Below, one piece after another: positions 1 to 7,360 of a stretch of DNA of 51,137 nucleotides. The notes under the pieces are model-generated. The model had not been told where the DNA came from. It did no database searches and worked only from the letters and a program-made list of their open reading frames with translations. Where the stretch lies: NCBI GenBank assembly GCA_035461265.1, contig DATHVO010000078.1:1-51137 (forward strand), in the 5' to 3' direction. The number at the start of each line of letters is the position of its first letter. Position 1 is the first letter of the stretch. The translations under genes and the position numbers were made by a program. Source of the stretch: Longimicrobiales bacterium (lineage in GTDB: Bacteria; Gemmatimonadota; Gemmatimonadetes; Longimicrobiales; RSA9).

Positions 1-720
1 CCGAACGCCAGCGAGTTCAACAACGAACCCCGGTTCGAGCTGGCGGCGTACGAAATCCAGAAGCTGTTCCTGGCGGAGCCGGAGCTCGCCGTCCCTCCCA
101 CCGTTCTGCGTGCCTTCCCCCTGGAGTATGTCCGCGAGCGCATCCCGCATGCGACGGCCACGTTCAGGGAGGCGCCCAGGTCCGTCCTCGTCGCACTGCA
201 GTACTGGCTCATGGGGGTGACGCCGGAGAACTTCTGGGATGCCCGCCGGGCCCGCAGCGACACCGTCTACGCCCGGCACATCGGCAACTTCAACATCGTC
301 ACTCACCTGATCCGGCACCACGACGCCAATGTCGGCAACTTCCTCATCTCGGAGAATCCGGAGAACCCGCGCGTGTTCGCCGTCGACAACGGCGTCGCGT
401 TCAGCGCGCCGGTCAGCAACCGCGGCCACATGTGGCGGGACCTGCAGGTGAGACAGCTCCCCGGCCACACGGTGGAGCGGCTGCGACTCGTCACCCGCGA
501 GGACCTCGACCGCGCCCTCGGCGTGCTGGCGGAGTGGGAAGTCCATGACGGTATCCTGGTCCGCGTGCCTCCCGGCGAGAACATGTCCCCGGGCCGCGGG
601 GTACGACGGTCGTCCCAGCGAATCCAGGTCGGTCTGACGTCGCAGGAGATCAACGGCGTCGAGAACCGCATTCGCCAGCTGCTGAGGCGGGTCGATGAAG
701 GCAGAATCGAGACGTTCTGA
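1..720 (+). CDS. Type II PI4-kinase-like (PI3/PI4-kinase fold) protein, 5'-partial
   Basis: Frame 1 is open from nt 1, so the listed ORF 211..720 is only the Met-initiated tail. Motifs LIRHHDANVGNFLIS and FAVDNGVAFS resemble the catalytic-loop and IDNGLAFP segments of type II PI4-kinases. The stop lies 1 nt before the next gene. Confidence 0.55.
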   Translation, partial: PNASEFNNEPRFELAAYEIQKLFLAEPELAVPPTVLRAFPLEYVRERIPHATATFREAPRSVLVALQYWLMGVTPENFWDARRARSDTVYARHIGNFNIVTHLIRHHDANVGNFLISENPENPRVFAVDNGVAFSAPVSNRGHMWRDLQVRQLPGHTVERLRLVTREDLDRALGVLAEWEVHDGILVRVPPGENMSPGRGVRRSSQRIQVGLTSQEINGVENRIRQLLRRVDEGRIETF

Positions 721-721
721 G

Positions 722-1927
722 ATGTCCCGCCGCCGCCTCCTCCCGCTCTTCGTCGGGACTGCGATCGCGGCCGTCGCCGCCGCGGCAGCACCCGGTGACA
801 CGCCGCGCTTCGACGGCGAGTACGGCCTGTGGGTACGGGTAGAAGGCGACAGCGTGGTGGTGAACTGGATCACTACGGCCATCGTCCCGGGCCGGCTCGT
901 CGCGGGACCGGCAGAGGAGCCATTCGCCACGGTGACCACGCCGGCGGGCTACGTCCACCGCGCCGCCTTCGCCCGGACGTCGGACCCGGCCGTGCTCATC
1001 CGGTATGGCGGCGACGACGGCGCCCGGCCGGGCGCCACCCATCTGGTCCTCGCCGAGCCGACCCGGCCGCCCGTCTCATTCACCGGCGTGGATTCTCTCT
1101 ATGTCGTAGGCGACACGCACGGCGAGTTCGAGGCCCTCGTTGGCGGTCTCCAGCGAGCCGGCCTCATCGATGCGGACCACCGCTGGTCGGGCGGCGGGAA
1201 GCACCTCGTATTCGCGGGCGACCTCACCGACCGCGGGGCGGATGTCATCCGCCTGCTCTGGTTCGTCTATCGCCTCGAACAGGAGGCCGCGCGGGATGGG
1301 GGTCGCGTCCATCTCGTCCTGGGCAACCACGAGATCATGGTCCTGCTGGGCGACCTGCGGTACGTCCACCCGAAGGAGACGACCCTCGCCGACTACTACG
1401 GGGTCAGCTACGACCGCCTCTTCGATACCAGGGAGTCGATTCTCGGCAGGTGGCTCGCGAGCAAACCAGGGATGGTGCGCATCGACGGTGTCGTCATCGT
1501 CCACGGGGGTGTAGCGCCGGAGTACGCGGCCATGACGCTGCCGGGCTTCGACGCGATCATGGCCGAGTACACCGCGGAGGACCTCTTTCACCGCTGGGCG
1601 GACACCACGTTCCTGCCCGTCATGGATTCCGCCACGTACATGCAGCGGGAGGACTTCTTCTGGAGTCCTCGCTCCGTGTTCTGGCACCGCGAGTACGTTC
1701 AGAGTGATACTGCGTCCGGCCAGCTAGACCAGGCTCTCCGCTATCTCGATGCCCGGCTGCTCGTCGTCGGCCATACGTCGGTGCCGGAAATACAGGCGCG
1801 GTATGACGGCCGGGTGATTGCCGCACATACGCCCCGCATGGGCGCCGAGCTTCTCCTTCTCGTACGCGATGGCGACGGCCACCGGCGGTACCGGGTCCGG
1901 GAGGGCGGCCCCCCCCAACAGTTCTGA
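722..1927 (+). CDS. PPP-family metallophosphoesterase (Ser/Thr phosphatase-like) with an Arg-rich signal peptide
   Basis: GDTHG, GDLTDRG and GNHE motifs occur in canonical order. The N-terminus MSRRRLLPLFVGTAIAAVAAAAAP looks like a Tat/Sec signal. Start moved to the ATG at 722. Confidence 0.85.
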   Translation: MSRRRLLPLFVGTAIAAVAAAAAPGDTPRFDGEYGLWVRVEGDSVVVNWITTAIVPGRLVAGPAEEPFATVTTPAGYVHRAAFARTSDPAVLIRYGGDDGARPGATHLVLAEPTRPPVSFTGVDSLYVVGDTHGEFEALVGGLQRAGLIDADHRWSGGGKHLVFAGDLTDRGADVIRLLWFVYRLEQEAARDGGRVHLVLGNHEIMVLLGDLRYVHPKETTLADYYGVSYDRLFDTRESILGRWLASKPGMVRIDGVVIVHGGVAPEYAAMTLPGFDAIMAEYTAEDLFHRWADTTFLPVMDSATYMQREDFFWSPRSVFWHREYVQSDTASGQLDQALRYLDARLLVVGHTSVPEIQARYDGRVIAAHTPRMGAELLLLVRDGDGHRRYRVREGGPPQQF

Positions 1928-2042
1928 CCGGCGACAGGCCGGACGGATCCGCACTTCAGGGCTGCTCGCCCCGGCCTCGTCACCGGGGCCCGCCGGTCCT
2001 GCCGGCCGCAGCACTACACTCCGCGCCTGCCGCCGGTCGCCG

Positions 2043-2414
2043 TCACGCCGCCACTTCCTCCTCGACCTCGTCCTCGCTGCGTGCCGACGGCGCGCCCAGC
2101 AGCACCAGTTCACGGACGTGCACCTCGGCCGTGGGAATCGTGACGCCGTTGCGCTCGAAGCTGTCGTACTCCATGCGGCCCTCCACGTATACGCGGTCGC
2201 CCTTGCGGACATAGTCCTCGGCGAGCTGGGCCAGGCGATCCCACAGTGTGAGGCGGTGCCACTCGGTGCGTTCCTCCGTGGCGCCTTCCCGGGCGAAACG
2301 GCGGCTGGTGGCCAGGGACACGTGCGCCACCTTCGCCCCCGCTGCCGTCGTCTGGACGTCGGGATCGCGCCCGATGTTGCCGACGAGGATGATCTTGTTG
2401 ATGGAACGACTCAT
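2043..2414 (-). CDS. ssb: Single-stranded DNA-binding protein (short form)
   Basis: INKIILVGNIGRDPDV...TEWHRLTLW...YVRKGDRVYVEGRMEY is a typical SSB OB fold. An AGGAGG lies upstream of the ATG. Confidence 0.9.
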   Translation of the reverse strand: MSRSINKIILVGNIGRDPDVQTTAAGAKVAHVSLATSRRFAREGATEERTEWHRLTLWDRLAQLAEDYVRKGDRVYVEGRMEYDSFERNGVTIPTAEVHVRELVLLGAPSARSEDEVEEEVAA

Positions 2415-2506
2415 GTTCGCGCCTCCTGTTGGGGTAGTGGACGACGCGAATATGGATGCCGTCGAGGGGCGCCTGAATAGCTGTCGGGGACTGTTTCAGC
2501 GACGGA

Positions 2507-3427
2507 TCAGCGGGCCAGCGTGCGGTCCGCCATGACGGCCGCGAGGAAGAGTGGCAGGAATGCCAGCGAAGCGACGAACAGCGCGCGCGCGCGCCGGATC
2601 GCGGGCTCGGCCAGGAAGTGACATGCGACGGCGGCGTAGGCTGTTCCGAGGCCTGCGGCCGCCGCGAGGTAGACGGTGCCGAGACCGCCGGCGACGACGG
2701 GAAGCATCGACAGCGGGATGATCGCCAGGGCACACGCGGCGCTCGCGAGGGCGGTCGTCCTGCCGGTCTCGTCACCCACCATGAGCATGCGGAAGCCCGC
2801 CGCGGCGTAGTCGTGCCGGTGCACCCAGCCGATGGCGAGGAAGTGGGGCATCTGCCAGAGGAGCAGTACACCGGTGAGGCAGAGCGCGGTCGCGTCGATG
2901 GCGGCGCCTGCGGCGGTCCAGCCCGCGAGGACGGGCAGGGCGCCGGGCACGGCACCCACGGCCGTACAGCTGCGGGACAGCCGCTTGAGCGGCGTGTACG
3001 CGGCCACGTAGGTGATGTGGCAGAGCACGAGGATCGCGGTGGTGACGGCGGGCAGCGCCGCGGTGGAGACGGCCAGGCCGAGTCCGGTCAGAGCCACGGC
3101 GAACGCGGTGGCCGTTCCCGCGGTCATCACGCCGCTCGCCACCGGCCGCCGGGCCGTCCGGAGCATGGCGGCGTCCGGGCCGCGTTCGAGGACGTGGTTG
3201 GCGGCGGCCGCCCCGCTCGACATCAGGAGTGTGGCTACCAGGACGGCGAGGAGCGTTGCCGGGTTCGCGGGAGCCGCGGCGACGGCGGCCGCTACGGCGG
3301 TGAGGGCCACGTAGGCGGTGATGCCGGGCTTCGTCAGGACTGCGTACGGTCTCACCCCGACGGCGGCAGTCGCCGCCACCCGGCCGGTACGCGCACCCTC
3401 CGGCACCACCGCCGCACGTGTGCTCAC
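2507..3427 (-). CDS. ctaB: Protoheme IX farnesyltransferase (heme O synthase), UbiA family
   Basis: Polytopic UbiA-type protein (YAVLTKPGITAYVALTA..., WQMPHFLAIGW). A GTG start at 3427 forms a GTGA overlap with the Sco stop. The longer ORF reaching 3679 overlaps Sco and is rejected. Confidence 0.8.
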   Translation of the reverse strand: MSTRAAVVPEGARTGRVAATAAVGVRPYAVLTKPGITAYVALTAVAAAVAAAPANPATLLAVLVATLLMSSGAAAANHVLERGPDAAMLRTARRPVASGVMTAGTATAFAVALTGLGLAVSTAALPAVTTAILVLCHITYVAAYTPLKRLSRSCTAVGAVPGALPVLAGWTAAGAAIDATALCLTGVLLLWQMPHFLAIGWVHRHDYAAAGFRMLMVGDETGRTTALASAACALAIIPLSMLPVVAGGLGTVYLAAAAGLGTAYAAVACHFLAEPAIRRARALFVASLAFLPLFLAAVMADRTLAR

Positions 3428-4362
3428 AGCCGCCTCACCAGCTCGACCAGGGCATCCGTACCGCCCGTCGTGGCATAAACGATCCGGCCCGCCGCGTCCA
3501 CGATGTAGCTGAGGGCGGGGTGAGCCACATCGCCCGTCCGCATGTCGCGCTCCCGGGCGACCTGCCAGGCATCGAGGACGGCCTCGACGTCCTCCGGCGG
3601 CCCGCCCAGCAGATACGACCCTTCGTCCATGCCCCAGCTCCGGGCGACGTGGGGCAGCCGCGCGGGCGTGTCCCGCCACGGATCGAGCGTGACGACCACC
3701 ACGGCAACGTCCCGCGGCGCGGCGTCGCCCCCGTCACCCGACGCGAGACGCTGGCGCGCATCGAGGGCATTGCGCACGAGGACCGGACAGACCGTCTCGC
3801 AGTGCGCGAACGCAAACGTGACGATGGCGGGCCGGCCCTCCAGCACCGTTGTGGAGAAGGCCGCGCCGGCGTGGTCGATGAGGTCCAGCGCGGGCGCCGG
3901 GCGATCGATGCGCGGGTAGGTCGCGGGCACGCCTTCCACTTCAGTCCAGCCCGCGGGGATGCGGGCGGCACTCACCCTCCAGCCCACCCCGGCGACGGCG
4001 ATCAGGACGACCGCGGCAACCGCACCACCCAGCATGCGACCCCGCGTCGTGGAGACCAGCGCCCGGGCCGCGCCGCCCAGGGCGCCCCGCCACCCCACCA
4101 GCAGCGCCCCGAGCATGCCCAGCGGCTGGCCCACCAGCGCCACCCAGCCCGCACGGTCCGGCAGACCGCCGCCGTCCACCCCGAAGCATACGAGACGCGT
4201 GCGCAGCAGCCAGTCCGGCGCGTCCCCGACAGGCCACAGCGCGAAGGCCCACCAGAAGACCGTCACCGCGAGGATGAACGCGCCCGCCCACAGCACGAAT
4301 GCCTCCTCCCGGCCGGTCCCCGGGTTCCGGCCGACACGCTCCAGCATCAGCCGATCCGCCAC
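3424..4362 (-). CDS. SCO1/SenC-family copper chaperone with an N-terminal multi-TM extension
   Basis: Thioredoxin-fold motif FAFAHCETVCP (CxxxC) plus a downstream His region. About 130 aa of hydrophobic N-terminal extension. An alternative start is at 4347. Confidence 0.8.
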   Translation of the reverse strand: MADRLMLERVGRNPGTGREEAFVLWAGAFILAVTVFWWAFALWPVGDAPDWLLRTRLVCFGVDGGGLPDRAGWVALVGQPLGMLGALLVGWRGALGGAARALVSTTRGRMLGGAVAAVVLIAVAGVGWRVSAARIPAGWTEVEGVPATYPRIDRPAPALDLIDHAGAAFSTTVLEGRPAIVTFAFAHCETVCPVLVRNALDARQRLASGDGGDAAPRDVAVVVVTLDPWRDTPARLPHVARSWGMDEGSYLLGGPPEDVEAVLDAWQVARERDMRTGDVAHPALSYIVDAAGRIVYATTGGTDALVELVRRL

Positions 4363-4457
4363 ACGAACGACAACAGCTTCCAGTTCGTGAAGTAGTACAG
4401 GGCGAACGCGGCCAGGAACACGAGGACCAGGATCATCGTCCCCGGCGTGCTGCCCAT
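4347..4457 (-). CDS. Small single-TM protein between oxidase subunit I and Sco
   Basis: MGSTPGTMILVLVFLAAFALYYFTNWKLLSFVWRIG has one TM helix and is packed tightly in the operon. The longer version starting at 4547 would overlap subunit I. Confidence 0.35.
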   Translation of the reverse strand: MGSTPGTMILVLVFLAAFALYYFTNWKLLSFVWRIG

Positions 4458-4488
4458 CCAGCCGTGTTCCTTGAGCCGGGCCTCGGCG

Positions 4489-6063
4489 TCAGGCGCCACC
4501 GGCGGTGGCGGATTCAGTAGCCCCGGCGGCAGTCCGTTCATGGGCATGAGCCAGATCTCCAGGTTGCAGTCTTTCGCCGAAGAACACGGACCAGACCGTG
4601 ATCAGTATGTACAGCGCCCCGCCCACCGCCGCGACGATGCCGCCCAGCGCCATCACCCCCATGACCATGTCCACGGATGGATGGAACTGCAGATCGAACG
4701 GAGCGTTCGTGAACGTGATGTCCCAGTGGCGACGAGGCACACCGAACGTGCCGGCGAACGTCATCATCACCGAGAAGACGAGCATCCCTCCCGCGAACAG
4801 GTAGGGCTGCACCTTCGCCAGTGGCCAGAAGGCGACTTTCCGCTGGAAGATGAGCGGGATCAGATAGTACGTGACTCCCATGAAGGCCATGGCAGTTCCG
4901 CTCACCACCGTGGCATGGAAGTGGCCCGGGATGCGGAGCGTGTTGTGCGCAATGATGTTGATCTGCTCCGTGCCGAACGTGACGCCGGTGATGCCGCCCA
5001 CGAAGCCGAAAACCACCACGGACAGCACGAGCGAGCTGAAGCCCGGGTCGCCCCACGGCGCACGCTTCAGCCAGCCGAACAGGCCCTGCGTGTAGCCGCG
5101 GGCACGCATGCCCAGCTCCACGCCTGCCGGCACCGTGAACCCGTGGAGCATGCTCGCCAGCACCGCCATGTACATGAAGTACGACGTGTTCACCACCTTC
5201 CAGGCCGGACCCATCCCCGGGTCCACCAGGAGGTGATGCGCCGCCGCCATGGAGATGAACAGCACGTACAGGACGAACGCGGTCCGGCTGATCTTCTCGT
5301 TCAGCACGACCGCCCCGACCGTCAGCGCCCCGAGGAGGTACCAGACGCCCACCATGGCGGCCACGTTGATCTGCTGCGATGCGTGCCCCAGCCCCCACCA
5401 CACCATCCGGTACACCTGCGGGTCCACGTGCATCAGGTCCAGTGACCAAAGGAACGTCGGGATGTAGATGGCCGCGCCGTGACCGAGCGTGATGACGGCA
5501 ATGATCGCCGCCGTCGCGGCGCCGAACGTGATGAGAGGGACCGAACCTTCGTACGAACGCTCGCGCTTCGCCACCACCAGCGTGGCGAAGAAATGCCCCA
5601 CCACCACCAGGGCCCCGACGGCGAACAGGATGACCCCGCCGTAGTACGCCGGATGCGCCCGCAGCGGGACGTACGAGGTGAACAGCACGTCCGCACGCCC
5701 GGTCCACATCGTCCACTGGACCGTGAGCATCCCCACGACCATGAGCACGAACGCCGCCCACCCGGTCTTCGGCGACGGAATCCGGCTGTTCAGGAGGGGG
5801 CCCGCGCAGAAGTACAGCACCGCCATCTCGAAGAACAGGATGTAGAAGATGAGCATGTTCATCCCGTGCACCGTGAGGATTCGATAGAACCAGACCGAAT
5901 CCAGCAGGTGCACCACCTGCCAGCGTGTCAGCAGCACCAGCACGGCGGCAACGCCGCCGACGAGGAGGGCCACCGTCGCCACCACAGCATGGGCCCGCAT
6001 CAGGAGCTCGCCCTGGCGGTCGATCCTCAGGCCCGTGGAGGGACATACGCGGAACGCGGTCAT
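4489..6063 (-). CDS. Heme-copper oxidoreductase subunit I, ba3/B-family-like, lacking the cross-link Tyr
   Basis: Colinear with Thermus CbaA as recalled from memory: TVHGMN, VDPQVYRMVWWGLGHASQQ, AAAHHLLVDPGMGPAWK, GLFGWLKRAPW, HNTLRIPGHFHATV. Its ATG overlaps the subunit II stop (ATGA). Confidence 0.9.
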   Translation of the reverse strand: MTAFRVCPSTGLRIDRQGELLMRAHAVVATVALLVGGVAAVLVLLTRWQVVHLLDSVWFYRILTVHGMNMLIFYILFFEMAVLYFCAGPLLNSRIPSPKTGWAAFVLMVVGMLTVQWTMWTGRADVLFTSYVPLRAHPAYYGGVILFAVGALVVVGHFFATLVVAKRERSYEGSVPLITFGAATAAIIAVITLGHGAAIYIPTFLWSLDLMHVDPQVYRMVWWGLGHASQQINVAAMVGVWYLLGALTVGAVVLNEKISRTAFVLYVLFISMAAAHHLLVDPGMGPAWKVVNTSYFMYMAVLASMLHGFTVPAGVELGMRARGYTQGLFGWLKRAPWGDPGFSSLVLSVVVFGFVGGITGVTFGTEQINIIAHNTLRIPGHFHATVVSGTAMAFMGVTYYLIPLIFQRKVAFWPLAKVQPYLFAGGMLVFSVMMTFAGTFGVPRRHWDITFTNAPFDLQFHPSVDMVMGVMALGGIVAAVGGALYILITVWSVFFGERLQPGDLAHAHERTAAGATESATAGGA

Positions 6064-6698
6064 GACTCACCTCCCGCCGCCGCCACGACAGCCGCGTCCG
6101 GCACCGCATCGGCGCCCTGCTCGAGTCCCTCGCCACCGGCGGCCGGCTCCGCCTCCGAGCCGTCCACGACGATGATCTTCCCCAGCATGATGTGGTGACC
6201 GATCCCGCAGAACTCGTTGCACACGATGCGGAAGTCGCCCGCCTCGGACGGCGTCACCCGGAGACCGTAGTCGTAGCCCGGCACCACCTGGAAGTTCACG
6301 TTGATGGGCACCAGACCGAATCCGTGGTTCACGTCAACCGACGAAAGGTGGAGCGTGTACTCGACCCCCTTCTGCAGCTTCAGGATGGGGGTCCACGACC
6401 ACATCCGGCCCAGCAGATAGATGTCACTGCCGGGCGGCGGCTCCACGATGGGAAAGCCTCGTTCGACGCCGACCTGGTACGCCTCTATGAATTCCTCCAC
6501 CCTGGCCTGGAACGCCGCAGGGTCGACCTTGCTGCGTATGCCCGATGGGTTCTGGCCACCCTTCAGATGCCACAGCGGCATCATCGCGAACAGCACCATG
6601 CACCACACGAACGCCAGCGTGAACCAGATCTTCTCCGATCGGTGCGCCGGCTTCCACCACACGCCCTTCGGCGACTCCATTCCGGTATTCATGCGCAC
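6060..6698 (-). CDS. Heme-copper oxidoreductase subunit II with a complete CuA site
   Basis: One TM helix plus a cupredoxin domain: SSVDVNHGF...FRIVCNEFCGIGHHIMLGKIIV (H, C, C, H, M ligands). Confidence 0.9.
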   Translation of the reverse strand: MRMNTGMESPKGVWWKPAHRSEKIWFTLAFVWCMVLFAMMPLWHLKGGQNPSGIRSKVDPAAFQARVEEFIEAYQVGVERGFPIVEPPPGSDIYLLGRMWSWTPILKLQKGVEYTLHLSSVDVNHGFGLVPINVNFQVVPGYDYGLRVTPSEAGDFRIVCNEFCGIGHHIMLGKIIVVDGSEAEPAAGGEGLEQGADAVPDAAVVAAAGGES

Positions 6699-6699
6699 C

Positions 6700-6861
6700 T
6701 CACGGCAGCGTCGCCGGCGGAAGGGTCAGAATCTCCCACAGGCCCCAGCCCGTGTAGAGCACCAGCATGATGAGCAGGCCCGCCGCCAGCAGCAGAAAGA
6801 CGTTGTCGTACAGCCTCTGGCCCAGCGGCACGCGCTCTTCCGGCTCGCCCGACTGCCTCAT
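6700..6861 (-). CDS. Small single-TM protein, possible ba3 subunit IIa analogue
   Basis: MRQSGEPEERVPLGQRLYDNVFLLLAAGLLIMLVLYTGWGLWEIL. Its ATG overlaps the Rrf2 stop (ATGA), and it ends 1 nt before the subunit II start. This position matches cbaD of Thermus. Confidence 0.45.
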   Translation of the reverse strand: MRQSGEPEERVPLGQRLYDNVFLLLAAGLLIMLVLYTGWGLWEILTLPPATLP

Positions 6862-7304
6862 GGCTCTCCTCCCCCCAGCACGACCATCACCCCCTGCCCG
6901 GCCGGCGCCCGCCGGCCTTCGATCAGGTCCGCGATCGTGGTGCTGCGAAAGAACTTGGTGATCGAATCCGCTACCGCCTTCCAGTGCCAGTGCGCCGTGC
7001 ACGGGTCGGCTTCATTGCACTCCCCCCGCCCGAGTATGCACCGCTGCCGCGACGGGATCGCATCGAACGGCGCCACCACGGCGTGGAGCGTGAGCGTATC
7101 GAGCGGGACCGCCACGCTGAATCCGCCCGTGCGGCCTCGCAGGGACTTCAGCACCCCATGCCGCACCAGCACGTGCAGCACCTTGTGCAGGTAGTTGCGC
7201 GGGGCCGCCACCGCGTCCGCCACCGACTCGGCCGTGGTCGGCCCTCCCTGCTGTGCGATGTGGAGCACGGCCCTCAACGCGTACTCCCCTGACTGTGACA
7301 CCAT
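6858..7304 (-). CDS. Rrf2-family transcriptional regulator with a three-Cys cluster (NsrR/IscR-like)
   Basis: The N-terminal wHTH (GEYALRAVLHIAQQGGPTTAESVADAVAAPRNYLHKVLHVLVRHGVL) and CILGRGECNEADPC are typical of Fe-S-binding Rrf2 proteins. Start chosen at the Met of MVSQSGEYALRAV. Confidence 0.8.
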   Translation of the reverse strand: MVSQSGEYALRAVLHIAQQGGPTTAESVADAVAAPRNYLHKVLHVLVRHGVLKSLRGRTGGFSVAVPLDTLTLHAVVAPFDAIPSRQRCILGRGECNEADPCTAHWHWKAVADSITKFFRSTTIADLIEGRRAPAGQGVMVVLGGGEP

Positions 7305-7360
7305 GTGCGCTCTACTTGTTTTTGTCATGATGAAATGATAAATAGGAGAACGCAAGGGTT
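7305..7360. promoter_or_regulatory. AT-rich divergent control region between the Rrf2-oxidase operon and the cytochrome b fusion operon
   Basis: The stretch ctacttgtttttgtcatgatgaaatgataaataggagaa is strikingly AT-rich in a GC-rich genome. It contains the TCATGA palindrome and ATCAT direct repeats. Confidence 0.4.

Noticed and set aside
2507-3679. A 390-aa version of the heme O synthase ORF. A long N-terminal version of ActD (46994..47749) raises the same issue.
   Set aside because: The extensions overlap the upstream genes (Sco, ActC) and are Arg/Gly-rich. Internal GTG or ATG starts create 4-nt start/stop overlaps typical of this genome.
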